Shown here: positions 44,497 through 52,548 of the stretch, one piece after another
How positions within the stretch are numbered: the stretch's first letter is position 1
Layout: each line of letters opens with the position of its first letter
From: Candidatus Limnocylindrales bacterium
GTDB taxonomy: Bacteria; Chloroflexota; Limnocylindria; Limnocylindrales; CSP1-4
NCBI GenBank assembly: GCA_038248915.1
Contig: JBBRXB010000002.1
Coordinates: forward strand, 128,622 to 192,621
Reading direction: 5' to 3'
Length of the DNA stretch: 64,000 nucleotides
The notes under the pieces: generated by a model
Databases searched by the model: none
Told to the model about the DNA's origin: nothing
The model's input: only the letters and a program-made list of their open reading frames with translations
Position numbers and translations under genes: made by a program

Positions 44497-45471
44497 TCAG
44501 GCAGGGGAGGTCGCGGCCCGTCGCCACGACAGCAGGCCGCTCGCCACGGCCATCCCGGCCAGGATCATCGCCGCGCCGAGGACCCCGATCGGGGTCAGCC
44601 GGTCGCCCAGCACGACCGCGGCGATGACCGCCGAGGCGACCGGCGTGAGGAGCAGCGCGGCGGAGGCGCGCCCGGCCGTCACCCGCCGGACCGAGGAGAT
44701 CAGGAGCAGGTTGCCCGTCGTGCTCGACCCGAACACGATGGTCAGGAGCGCCAGGATCGCGCCCGGGTCCGGGTTCGCCGGGACGACCCTGGCCGGGTCG
44801 ATGGCGAAAGCCGCGACGAGCAGGATCGGCCCGCGACCGATGAGGTTGGCGATCGTCACCAGCGTGCCGTCAAGGCGGTAGCGGGCACCCCAGCGACGCG
44901 CGAGCACGACGTACAGGCCGAACATGGACGCCGACGCGAGGGCGAGCAGGACGCCAGCGGCCGGCGCTCCGGTCGGGACCGTGCCGGCCAGGAATGCGGT
45001 GCCGGCGAAGGCGAATCCGAACGCCACCACCGTCGAGGCACGCACCCGTTCACCGAGAAGGGGGACCGCGAACAGCGTCCCGAATACCGCATACAGCGGC
45101 GCCACGAAGCCGGTGATCGTCGGGCCGCTGATGGCAACGGCGATATTGACCCCGACGATGAACAGGACGCCGCCGAGCAGGGCAAGGACCGTGAGGCGGA
45201 CCAGCCGCGGCCGGGTCAGACCGTCGACGCCCGGCCGCGGCAGCACGCCCGCCGCCGCCAGGACGATGACGATGCCGAGGGCCAACGTGCACGAGAGCCC
45301 CGCCACCGCGAGCGGCGAGAAGGACCGCAGGGCGACCGCCGTGGCGGGGTAGGCGGCGCCGTAGACGATCGCCGCGCCGGCGGCCGCTGCGATGCCGAGG
45401 CGTTCATCGCGGGTCCGGTCCGCGGCTTCGGCATCGGCCGCGACGGGTGTCGGTGGAGCGCTGGGTGGCAC
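44497..45471 (-). CDS. EamA/DMT-superfamily transporter
   Basis: 324 aa with about 10 TM helices in two EamA-like halves (AAIVYGAAYPATAVALRSFSPL...; ...LLISSVRRVTAGRASAALLLTPVASAVIAAVVLGDRL). Confidence 0.8.
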   Translation of the reverse strand: MPPSAPPTPVAADAEAADRTRDERLGIAAAAGAAIVYGAAYPATAVALRSFSPLAVAGLSCTLALGIVIVLAAAGVLPRPGVDGLTRPRLVRLTVLALLGGVLFIVGVNIAVAISGPTITGFVAPLYAVFGTLFAVPLLGERVRASTVVAFGFAFAGTAFLAGTVPTGAPAAGVLLALASASMFGLYVVLARRWGARYRLDGTLVTIANLIGRGPILLVAAFAIDPARVVPANPDPGAILALLTIVFGSSTTGNLLLISSVRRVTAGRASAALLLTPVASAVIAAVVLGDRLTPIGVLGAAMILAGMAVASGLLSWRRAATSPA

Positions 45472-45494
45472 CCGATGAGGGTACCCGGCGCCGG

Positions 45495-46232
45495 TCAGCT
45501 GATCTCGAAGACCACCGTGACCATCGCGCTGAGGTCCTGCGTACCCGGCTGGATGGGTGTCGCGGCATCGGGCACGGCCGCACCCTTGGCGGCGCCGTAG
45601 CCGTAGTAGATCGGGCTCGGCGGCGTGCCATCGGTGATCGATACGACCGTCCCGAGCGAGACGTTGCCGGCCGCTGCCATCGCCTGCGCGCTGGTTCGTG
45701 CCGCGCTCACGGCCGCCGCACGTGCATCGTTCTGTGCCTTGACCGGGTCGGCGATCTCGAACGAGATGCCGTTGACATCGGTGGCCCCGTTGGCCATCGC
45801 CGCGTCGACCACGTCACCGGCCTTGTCGAGGTCACGGACGGTCACCTGGATCTGCTGGCTGATCTGGTAGCCCACGACCCGTGGGGTGGAGCTGTTGCCG
45901 TACTGCGGGTAGAGGCTGAGATTGGTCGTCTGGATGTCCGCGTCGGCGACCCCGAGAGCCTTGATCGCGGCGAGGATGTCGGTCATCGCCTTGGCGCCCG
46001 CCTGGCGCGCCGCCTTGACGGTCGTCTTGCTGACGGTCACGCCGAGGTTCACCCGGGCCACATCGGGCACGATCGTGATCTTGCCCGTGGCCGACACCGT
46101 GATGGTGTGCGCGGCCGGGGTGTCCGTGGCGGGCGCACCGGTCGCTGCCCCCGGACGGACAGAGATGGCCGCCACGGCCACGATGAACGCGCCAAGCGCC
46201 ACGGCGCCAAGGGTTCGAACGGTCTGGGACAT
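45495..46232 (-). CDS. SIMPL-domain (DUF541, 26 kDa periplasmic immunogenic protein-like) secreted protein
   Basis: Track ORF 45495..46322; likely start is the Met giving MSQTVRTLGAVALGAFIVAVAAISV (signal). ITVSATGKITIVPDVARVNLGV...IQTTNLSLYPQY...GYQISQQIQVTVRDLDKAGDVVDAA...GISFEIADP follows the SIMPL pattern. Confidence 0.8.
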   Translation of the reverse strand: MSQTVRTLGAVALGAFIVAVAAISVRPGAATGAPATDTPAAHTITVSATGKITIVPDVARVNLGVTVSKTTVKAARQAGAKAMTDILAAIKALGVADADIQTTNLSLYPQYGNSSTPRVVGYQISQQIQVTVRDLDKAGDVVDAAMANGATDVNGISFEIADPVKAQNDARAAAVSAARTSAQAMAAAGNVSLGTVVSITDGTPPSPIYYGYGAAKGAAVPDAATPIQPGTQDLSAMVTVVFEIS

Positions 46233-46347
46233 CGACGTGCACCTGTCTGGTGTGCCGCCCGGAGGGCAGGCGGTCGTGCCCCGGAGACGGACGCCGGGTC
46301 CGTCCGGTTCCGCACAGGTCAACGTTGCGGTGCGGCCAGGCGCCGCC

Positions 46348-47112
46348 TCAGCCGCCGCGGGTGAGGCAGACCGTCAGCGCGAGAATCTGGCCGCCGGCCC
46401 GGACATGGAACTCGTACCGCCCGGCCGGCCATGGCGCTCGATCGATCCGCTCGAGGTAGGCGATCCCGCCGATCCCGCCGATCCGGCCCGGCGAGACCCG
46501 GAAGATCGAACCGTCGAGCGCGGCCAGCCGGCCGCCATCGGTCCACCAGCCGACGACCTGCCAGTCCGGGTCAAGGTGCTTGGGGATCGTGACGGCGACG
46601 ACGGTGGGCCGGTCGAAGATCGTCGGATAGCCGGTGCACAGGTCCGTGCCCGGCCACATCGCGATGTGCGCGGGCGGGCCGTCGACGAGCTCGGGGCTGA
46701 CCGGCGCCCAATCCAGCCACGGCTCGTCACGCAGCATCCGCGGGCCCACCCCGGTGTCGCCGACGCCCCACGTCCCGGACCGGCCGGTCAGCCACCTGAG
46801 GGCGGATTCGGCCTCGGCCGCACCCGCTGTCGCCGCCCCGGTGGCGACCATCGTGGCGGGCCAGCCCTGATCCTGGGGGACGGCGGTGCCGCGCACGACG
46901 GCTCCTGCCGGAGCGTCGGGGCCAGGTGCGAAGTCGGGTCGGTGGGTCGACGCCGGGCCTGCCAGGCCGATCGCCGGAGCGATGTCCGGGCTCGACCATG
47001 GCTTGGCGACGACGACCGCCAGCGCGATCAGGGCGCCCGCGACGATCAGTGGCAGTCTGCGCGGTCTCGGGCGCCCGATCGGCTCGGGCGCCATCTCGTA
47101 GCCGGTTTCCAT
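46348..47112 (-). CDS. Hypothetical membrane-anchored protein
   Basis: 254 aa. N-terminal anchor RRLPLIVAGALIALAVVVA followed by a Trp/Gly/Pro-rich ectodomain. No family recognised. Confidence 0.6.
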   Translation of the reverse strand: METGYEMAPEPIGRPRPRRLPLIVAGALIALAVVVAKPWSSPDIAPAIGLAGPASTHRPDFAPGPDAPAGAVVRGTAVPQDQGWPATMVATGAATAGAAEAESALRWLTGRSGTWGVGDTGVGPRMLRDEPWLDWAPVSPELVDGPPAHIAMWPGTDLCTGYPTIFDRPTVVAVTIPKHLDPDWQVVGWWTDGGRLAALDGSIFRVSPGRIGGIGGIAYLERIDRAPWPAGRYEFHVRAGGQILALTVCLTRGG

Positions 47113-47221
47113 CGAGATCGAAGTCCCCGGACGTGGGCGGCCGGGTGGCCGTCTGCTATCGAGGGTACGTCGTCCCGGTCGCGAAGGATCTCAACCGGTC
47201 GAGGACGACCGGCGGAGGCTG

Positions 47222-47389
47222 TTACCGCAGCCGATCGCCGGTCGGTGTCGGCGTCAGGCCCGACCGGGCAGGCGTGTACGGCAGCTGATCGCGGCGGCGG
47301 AGCCGGTGCACGAGCTGGTAGACCTGGAACAGGAGGAGCAGCGGCATGATCCGCCGCGGCAGGAACCGGAGCAGCAGGAATCGAAGCAT
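47222..47389 (-). CDS. Candidate small membrane protein (55 aa), not in the ORF track
   Basis: My translation: MLRFLLLRFLPRRIMPLLLLFQVYQLVHRLRRRDQLPYTPARSGLTPTPTGDRLR-stop. It ends in TAA, a stop that is rare in this window. Hydrophobic N-terminus. No homology evidence. Confidence 0.3.
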   Translation of the reverse strand: MLRFLLLRFLPRRIMPLLLLFQVYQLVHRLRRRDQLPYTPARSGLTPTPTGDRLR

Positions 47390-47575
47390 GCGGGCACCGT
47401 AGCCCTCGTCTGTCGCAACGTCGCCTTCCGCAGCGCCTCGGCGCGTTGCATCGGCGTGCCATGTCGGAGGGCCGGGTTGCTGCTGTCATGGACTCGCAAG
47501 CCGCACGGCAGTATCACTGTCGCATCGACCCATCCGGACGACGCAGCATGCCTGCACACCCACAAGGAGTTCGAC

Positions 47576-47977
47576 ATGACCGACGAGACGCCCACCACTG
47601 ATCCGCTCGAGCCGGCGCTGCCGGCCGGCGCTGACCTGGTCCCGACGCGATCGGGATCCACCGGCCCGACGTCTGAGCCGGTCGTTCGTCAGCTCGATTC
47701 GATCATCGACAACCTGGCCGGCTACGCCGTCCCGGTGCTGCGGGAGATCGCCGCGCGCGCCGCGGACCTCGCGGCGAAGGCGGGCGAAGCCGCAGGGCCG
47801 ATCGCCCAGAAGGCTGCCGAGAAGACGGAAGCGGTCGGCGGCCGGCTCGCGACGAAGGGCCGCGAGGTTGCCTCGGACATGCGTCGGGACGCGTCCGCGA
47901 CGGCCATGAACCCGCCGACCACCGAGCCCGAGACGCAGGCCCCGGCGGCCACCGAAGCGGGGTTGCCGCCGCGCTGA
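47576..47977 (+). CDS. Hypothetical protein (133 aa, amphipathic-helix rich)
   Basis: ATG 47576 is preceded by AAGGAG at 47564..47569. MTDETPTTDPLEP...VVRQLDSIIDNLAGYAVPVLREIAARAADLAAKAGEAAGPIAQKAAEKTEAVGGRLATKGREV... The upstream part of track ORF 47306..47977 is not coding-like. Confidence 0.6.
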   Translation: MTDETPTTDPLEPALPAGADLVPTRSGSTGPTSEPVVRQLDSIIDNLAGYAVPVLREIAARAADLAAKAGEAAGPIAQKAAEKTEAVGGRLATKGREVASDMRRDASATAMNPPTTEPETQAPAATEAGLPPR

Positions 47978-48027
47978 GCTGCGCCGCTCCCGCCCGGGGC
48001 GAGTGGCGTGACGGCTATGCTCGGGCC

Positions 48028-48432
48028 ATGACCCGAACGACCGACACGCTCGCTCGCCTTCCGATCTTCGCCAACCTCGATCCGCGTAGCCTAGAGGCCG
48101 TGGCGACGCTCGCCCGGGACGTCTCGATGCCCGCCGGGAGGGTGCTCATCGAGGAGGGCGACGCGGCCGAGTCGTTCTACATCATCGTCTCGGGCACCAT
48201 CCGGATCGAGCGCGATGGGCGCTTCGTCCGGTCGCTGACGGACGGCGGCTTCCTCGGCGAGATCGCCCTGAGCAAGCAGACGGACCGCACGGCGACCGCG
48301 ACGTGCGCCACAGATTGCGAGCTATTGGAACTCGGCCGACACGAGTTCGGTCGGGTGATGGCGACCTTTCCCGACGTGCGCGACCGGGTCGAAGCCACAG
48401 TCGCCAGGCGCCCGCACGCAGAAGATCCGTGA
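48028..48432 (+). CDS. Stand-alone cyclic nucleotide-binding domain protein
   Basis: 134 aa: LPIFANLDPRSLEAVATLARDVSMPAGRVLIEEGDAAESFYIIVSGTIRIERDG...GGFLGEIALSKQTDRTATATCATDCELLEL is a canonical cNMP-binding (Crp/PKA-type) fold. There is no DNA-binding domain. Confidence 0.8.
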   Translation: MTRTTDTLARLPIFANLDPRSLEAVATLARDVSMPAGRVLIEEGDAAESFYIIVSGTIRIERDGRFVRSLTDGGFLGEIALSKQTDRTATATCATDCELLELGRHEFGRVMATFPDVRDRVEATVARRPHAEDP

Positions 48433-48446
48433 CGTGCGGGTTTGGA

Positions 48447-48523
48447 TGGCCCGCCCGGAGGGATTCGAACCCCCGACCTACTGATCCGAAGTCAGTCGCT
48501 CTGATCCACTGAGCTACGGGCGG
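48447..48523 (-). tRNA. tRNA-Arg, anticodon UCG (reads CGA)
   Basis: Hand-folded on the minus strand: CCGCCCG-TA-GCTC-AGTGGATCA-GAGC-G-ACTGA-CTTCGGA-TCAGT-AGGTC-GGGGG-TTCGAAT-CCCTC-CGGGCGG-G-CCA. The anticodon loop is C-T-TCG-G-A. A20 in the D loop is an Arg identity element. CCA is encoded. Confidence 0.85.
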
Positions 48524-48561
48524 ACAGTCACGGATGATACCCGACGGCCTCTCGCCCCCCG

Positions 48562-50018
48562 TCAGAAGCGCGTGAGCTCGACGTCATGCATCTCGATCGA
48601 GCCGCCGAGCGCTGTGACCGTCAGTCGACAGGCGCCCGGTACATCTGGGCGGCGAACGGTGCCGGTGACGACATCGTTCGCCACGAGTTCGATCACGGAA
48701 CCGTCGATGATGACCCTGAATTCGATCGCCTCGCCGCGCCGGCACCGTGGAAGCACCACCGAGCCGTGTGGATCTCGCCCCGCGACGCCGACCCGGCCCA
48801 TCCGCGAGACCGTCAGGCGTCGATCGGCCCGGTCGTATCGCAGTTCCGCCTCGAGACCGGTGGGCCCGGTGATATCGATCCGGACCGATGCCGCCGAGCC
48901 CGGATCGATCGATGCGCGCCACTCGACGTAGGGCTCCCGAAGGGCGCGCGTCCAAGTCCTGCCGCGATCCAGGCGACGATCGCGGAGCCGTTCGCACCGG
49001 CCCTCAAATCGCCAGACCTCCGCGGCCAGTGAGATCTCCACGAACCCGTCCGGACCCAGCGTCACGACCCTGGGCAGGGTCAGCGATCCAGCCCACGAGC
49101 GTTTCGATCCCTCCTCGGGCGGGTCTTCCGGGATCCAGCCGAACAACAGGTAGCGGCCATCGGCCAATCGGGTGGCGGCGGGTGCGTAGAAGTCGGGCCC
49201 GAGGCCCAATCGTTGGGCGTGCTGGACGACGATCGGTCGCCCGTCATTCGACCCACGAAGGCGACCACATGGGCCGGCCGCACCGTCGGGGCCCGATCGA
49301 CGATCGACACGATCAACAGGTCAAGGTCACCGAATCGGAGCAACTGCGGACACTCCCAGCACGGGCTGTCGACATCGGCCGCCGGGAGGTCGGCCCGGCC
49401 GAGGACGTCCTGCGCCGTCAGGAATGGTCCGACGTAGGTCCAGGCCCGGAGGTCCGGGGATCGGTACAGCAGGATGGAGCCCTGCTCATCGTCGGAGCCG
49501 GCTCCGACGAGCATCGACCAGTCCGGCCCATCACGCCACACGAACGGGTCGCGGAACGCGTCTCGTCGTATGCCGTCGGGCGGCCCAGCGATCACCGGCT
49601 CCGCGTCCTTCGTCCAGATCGTGAGGCCCGCGTCGCTCGTGGCGGCACAGACGGATGCCATACGATCGCCGTCGTCGCCCGCGACGCCAGTGAAGAACGC
49701 GGTGGCGGTGCCATCCTCCGACGTGACGATCGAGCCAGACCAGCACCCGAAGTGATCGGGGCTGCCGGCGGCACCTGGCTCCAGCGCGATCGGCCCATGC
49801 TGCCATGTGAGCATGTCCGTCGAGACCGCATGTCCCCAGCGCATCCTCCCCCAGGCCGGGGCATCGGGCTCGTACTGGAAGAAGACATGGAGGTGGCCCG
49901 AGGCATCGACGACGAGCCCGTTCGGATCGTTCATCCAGCCGTGCAGCGGGCTGAGGTGGATCCGCGGGCGGGCGAGTTCCCGGGCGTGCTCTCCGACTGT
50001 CATCGTTGGCACAACCAT
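48562..50018 (-). pseudogene. Glycoside hydrolase family 32 (beta-fructofuranosidase / sucrose-6-phosphate hydrolase-like) with a reading-frame break
   Basis: N-terminal part: frame of track ORF 49080..51338, from ATG 50018 or 50003. It reads MVVPTMTVGEHARELARPRIHLSPLHGWMNDPNG...FRDPFVW...WECPQL, so all three GH32 catalytic motifs are present. After ...HVVAFVGRM it degenerates. The C-terminal part continues in another frame (track ORF 48562..49209): ...GRPIVVQHAQRLGLGPDFYAPAATRLADGRYLLFGWIPE...SWAGSLTLPRVV... plus the beta-sandwich domain. Confidence 0.8.
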
Positions 50019-50108
50019 TGCCAGTAGGCTATCATTTGTACTGGAGTCCGGGAATTCGACGGCCGACATCCGGCCGCACATCGATGCGGGCCGCGATCGA
50101 GGACACCC

Positions 50109-51467
50109 ATGCCACGACGAAGTTCCAAGCGGATCATGATGATCTCGCTCCACGGTTATGTATCGGGCCGACCCGAACTTGGTGCGCCGGACACCGGCGG
50201 TCAGGTCGTCTATGTCCTGCGGTTGTCCGAGTGCCTCGCCAGACTGGGCTATCGGGTCGACATCTTCACCCGCCGCTTCGAGGGTCAGCCGGCGATCGAG
50301 ACCCTCACCGATGGCGTTCGGATCATCCGCATCCCGGCTGGCGGCGACAAGCTCGTCCGCAAGGAGTGGATGTGCGACGTCATCCCGGAATGGGTCTCCA
50401 ACGCGGAGGCGTACATCCGGCGTCACGGCCTCGCTTATGCGTTCGTGGACAGCCACTACTGGGATGCCGGCCTGGCCGGCGACGAGCTGAGCCGGCGGCT
50501 CGGGATGGTCCACCTCCATACGCCGCACTCGATCGGCTCGTGGAAGCGCGACAACATGACGGGCGAGCCGGATGATCTGGAGCGCGCCTACAACTTCGGG
50601 CGACGGATCCGTGATGAGCGCGCGATCTACGACCAGGCCGACGCGATCATCGCCACCTCGCCCCAGCAGCGGGACATCCTGACCAAGGGCGACTACGAGG
50701 TCGAGCCCGACAAGGTCGCCGTCATCCCGCCCGGCTTCGACGACACCCGGTTCTTCCCCGTCTCCTCTGCGACTCGCCAGGCGATCAAGCGCGATCTCGG
50801 CGTCGACGGCCTGCTCGTCCTGGCCCTGGGCCGCATCGCCGACAACAAGGGCTACGACCTGTTGCTGCGGGCGATGCCAACGGTGGTCGAGCGTGTTCCC
50901 GATACCCGGTTGCTCCTCGCCATCGGGGCCACCAGCCCCACCCCGGGCGAGGCCCGGCAGGTCGAGGACCTCCGGCGTCTGGCCGAGGATCTCGGGATCG
51001 GCGACAACGTGGCGTTCCACGACTATATCGACGATGACGACCTCGCCGATACGTATCGGGCGGCCGACGTCTTCGCCCTCCCGAGTCGCTACGAGCCGTT
51101 CGGGATGACGGCCGTCGAAGCCATGGCCTGCGGCACGCCCAGCGTCATCACGACCGAAGGCGGCCTCTGGGAGATGGTCGCCTGGGGGACCGAAGCGATC
51201 TATGCGGATCCGCTCGATCCGCCGGCCTTCGGCCATGCCATCGCGACCGTCCTGCGCTACCCGCAGATCGCACGGCAGCTCTCCCGGTTCGGGTCGCACC
51301 GGGCGCGTGCATCGTTCACCTGGAACGGCATCGCGCAACAGCTGGTCGGGTTGCTCCAGGACGTCGCGGATCGTCGTGGTCGTCCCGCCCGAGGTACCGC
51401 GGATCGGGTGGGCGGTGGTATCGCCCTGGGCCCGGAGGTCGAGTGGGTCCCCGTCGCATCGTCGTGA
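50109..51467 (+). CDS. Sucrose-phosphate synthase-like GT4 glycosyltransferase (glucosyltransferase domain only)
   Basis: 452 aa: IMMISLHGYVSGRPELGAPDTGGQVVYVLRLSECLARLGYRVDIFTRRF is the hallmark N-terminus of SPS/sucrose synthase-type GT-B enzymes. The C-terminal segment ADVFALPSRYEPFGMTAVEAMACGTP carries the GT4 E-x7-E motif. Confidence 0.8.
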   Translation: MPRRSSKRIMMISLHGYVSGRPELGAPDTGGQVVYVLRLSECLARLGYRVDIFTRRFEGQPAIETLTDGVRIIRIPAGGDKLVRKEWMCDVIPEWVSNAEAYIRRHGLAYAFVDSHYWDAGLAGDELSRRLGMVHLHTPHSIGSWKRDNMTGEPDDLERAYNFGRRIRDERAIYDQADAIIATSPQQRDILTKGDYEVEPDKVAVIPPGFDDTRFFPVSSATRQAIKRDLGVDGLLVLALGRIADNKGYDLLLRAMPTVVERVPDTRLLLAIGATSPTPGEARQVEDLRRLAEDLGIGDNVAFHDYIDDDDLADTYRAADVFALPSRYEPFGMTAVEAMACGTPSVITTEGGLWEMVAWGTEAIYADPLDPPAFGHAIATVLRYPQIARQLSRFGSHRARASFTWNGIAQQLVGLLQDVADRRGRPARGTADRVGGGIALGPEVEWVPVASS

Positions 51468-52243
51468 CGACCCGGCGGTTGCTCGTCACCGACCTGGACG
51501 GAACGTTGCTGGGAGACGAGCTCGCCGTCGATCGGTTCCGATCGTGGCTGGGTCCGCGCCGCGACACGTGGGGCCTGGTCTTCGCGACGGGCCGGTCGCT
51601 GCGATCGGTCGTGGAACTCGAGGCCGAGGCCGGTCTACCCAGCCCGGATGCGATCATCAGCGGGGTGGGCACGGAGGTCCATGACGCCGCCGGCGGCGCC
51701 TGGCCGGGATGGCGAGAACGATTCGATGGGTGGCATGCGCAGCGGGTTCGCGACGTGCTTGGGGCGTTCACCTGGCTGGATCCGCAACGGGATGAGCACC
51801 AGACCGGGCTGAAGGCCAGCTATACGGTCCGTGGGCTGACGGCGGCCGATGCTGCAGAGATCCGACGCGCCCTTGCCGAAGCAGACATCGCGGCAAGGAT
51901 CGTGTACAGCGGCTCGCTGAACCTCGATGTCATCTCAGTGCTTGCGGGAAAAGGCGAAGCGGCAGGCTTCCTCGCGCGGGCGCTGGGAATCGCCAGCGAT
52001 GACGTGCTCGTGTTCGGCGACTCCGGCAATGACACCGCCATGATGACGGCCGGTTTCCGTGGGACGATCGTGGCGAATGCCCTGCCCGAACTCCGTGCCG
52101 CGGTCGGTTCGGATGTCTATCGTTCGCCGCTGCGCTTCGCTGACGGGATCCTTGACGGGATCCGCCACTGGACGTCAGCGAGCAGCGCTCCGTCGACAGG
52201 CTCGCCCACGCTTGCCCGCGCCAGCCGAGACGTCCTCCCCTGA
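51464..52243 (+). CDS. HAD-IIB sucrose-phosphate phosphatase-like hydrolase
   Basis: Track ORF 51443..52243; I favour GTG 51464, which overlaps the SPS stop (GTGA). VTTRRLLVTDLDGTLLG carries HAD motif I (DxDGT). Also FATGRS, then GKGEAAGFLA...VFGDSGNDTAMM (motifs III/IV). Confidence 0.8.
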   Translation: MTTRRLLVTDLDGTLLGDELAVDRFRSWLGPRRDTWGLVFATGRSLRSVVELEAEAGLPSPDAIISGVGTEVHDAAGGAWPGWRERFDGWHAQRVRDVLGAFTWLDPQRDEHQTGLKASYTVRGLTAADAAEIRRALAEADIAARIVYSGSLNLDVISVLAGKGEAAGFLARALGIASDDVLVFGDSGNDTAMMTAGFRGTIVANALPELRAAVGSDVYRSPLRFADGILDGIRHWTSASSAPSTGSPTLARASRDVLP

Positions 52244-52249
52244 CCAGCC

Positions 52250-52487
52250 GGTGCTGTCGATCTCGATCGGCCTCGTGATCGCGAGGGACCTGGGTGCGGC
52301 GCTGTTCCCGTTGTCCGATGCGCTCGATGGGTTCGCCCGGTTCTCGCCCTGGAGCTGGGGACTGGGTGGCGACCCGCTGGTCCGGGGCGTCGAATCCTGG
52401 CGGTACCCGACCCTGATCATCCCGGCGCTCATCCCTGCGATCATCGGGGCCGTGGGCTTCGACCGTCGCGACATCAGGGCGCCGTGA
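52250..52487 (+). pseudogene. C-terminal remnant (about 79 aa) of an ABC-2-type transporter permease
   Basis: From GTG 52250, directly after the SPP stop: VLSISIGLVIARDLGAALFPLSDALDGFARFSPWSWGLGGDPLVRGVESWRYPTLIIPALIPAIIGAVGFDRRDIRAP-stop. The FSPW..LGGDPL...(TM)...FDRRD ending is what I recall for actinobacterial ABC-2 permease C-termini. The roughly 170-200 aa that should precede it are absent, and the upstream frame lies inside the SPP gene. Confidence 0.4.
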
Positions 52488-52548
52488 GGTCCCGGCACCA
52501 CGGTTCGGACCGACCGTGGCGTCGGACGCGCGGTAGGCTCTCCGGAAG

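Noticed and set aside
48447-52487. Classical tRNA-integrated genomic island with integrase and att repeats
   Set aside because: There is no integrase or recombinase gene, and I could spot no direct repeat of the tRNA 3' end. The cassette also lies on the 5' side of the minus-strand tRNA. I therefore report it only as a probable acquired cassette and do not call it a mobile element.
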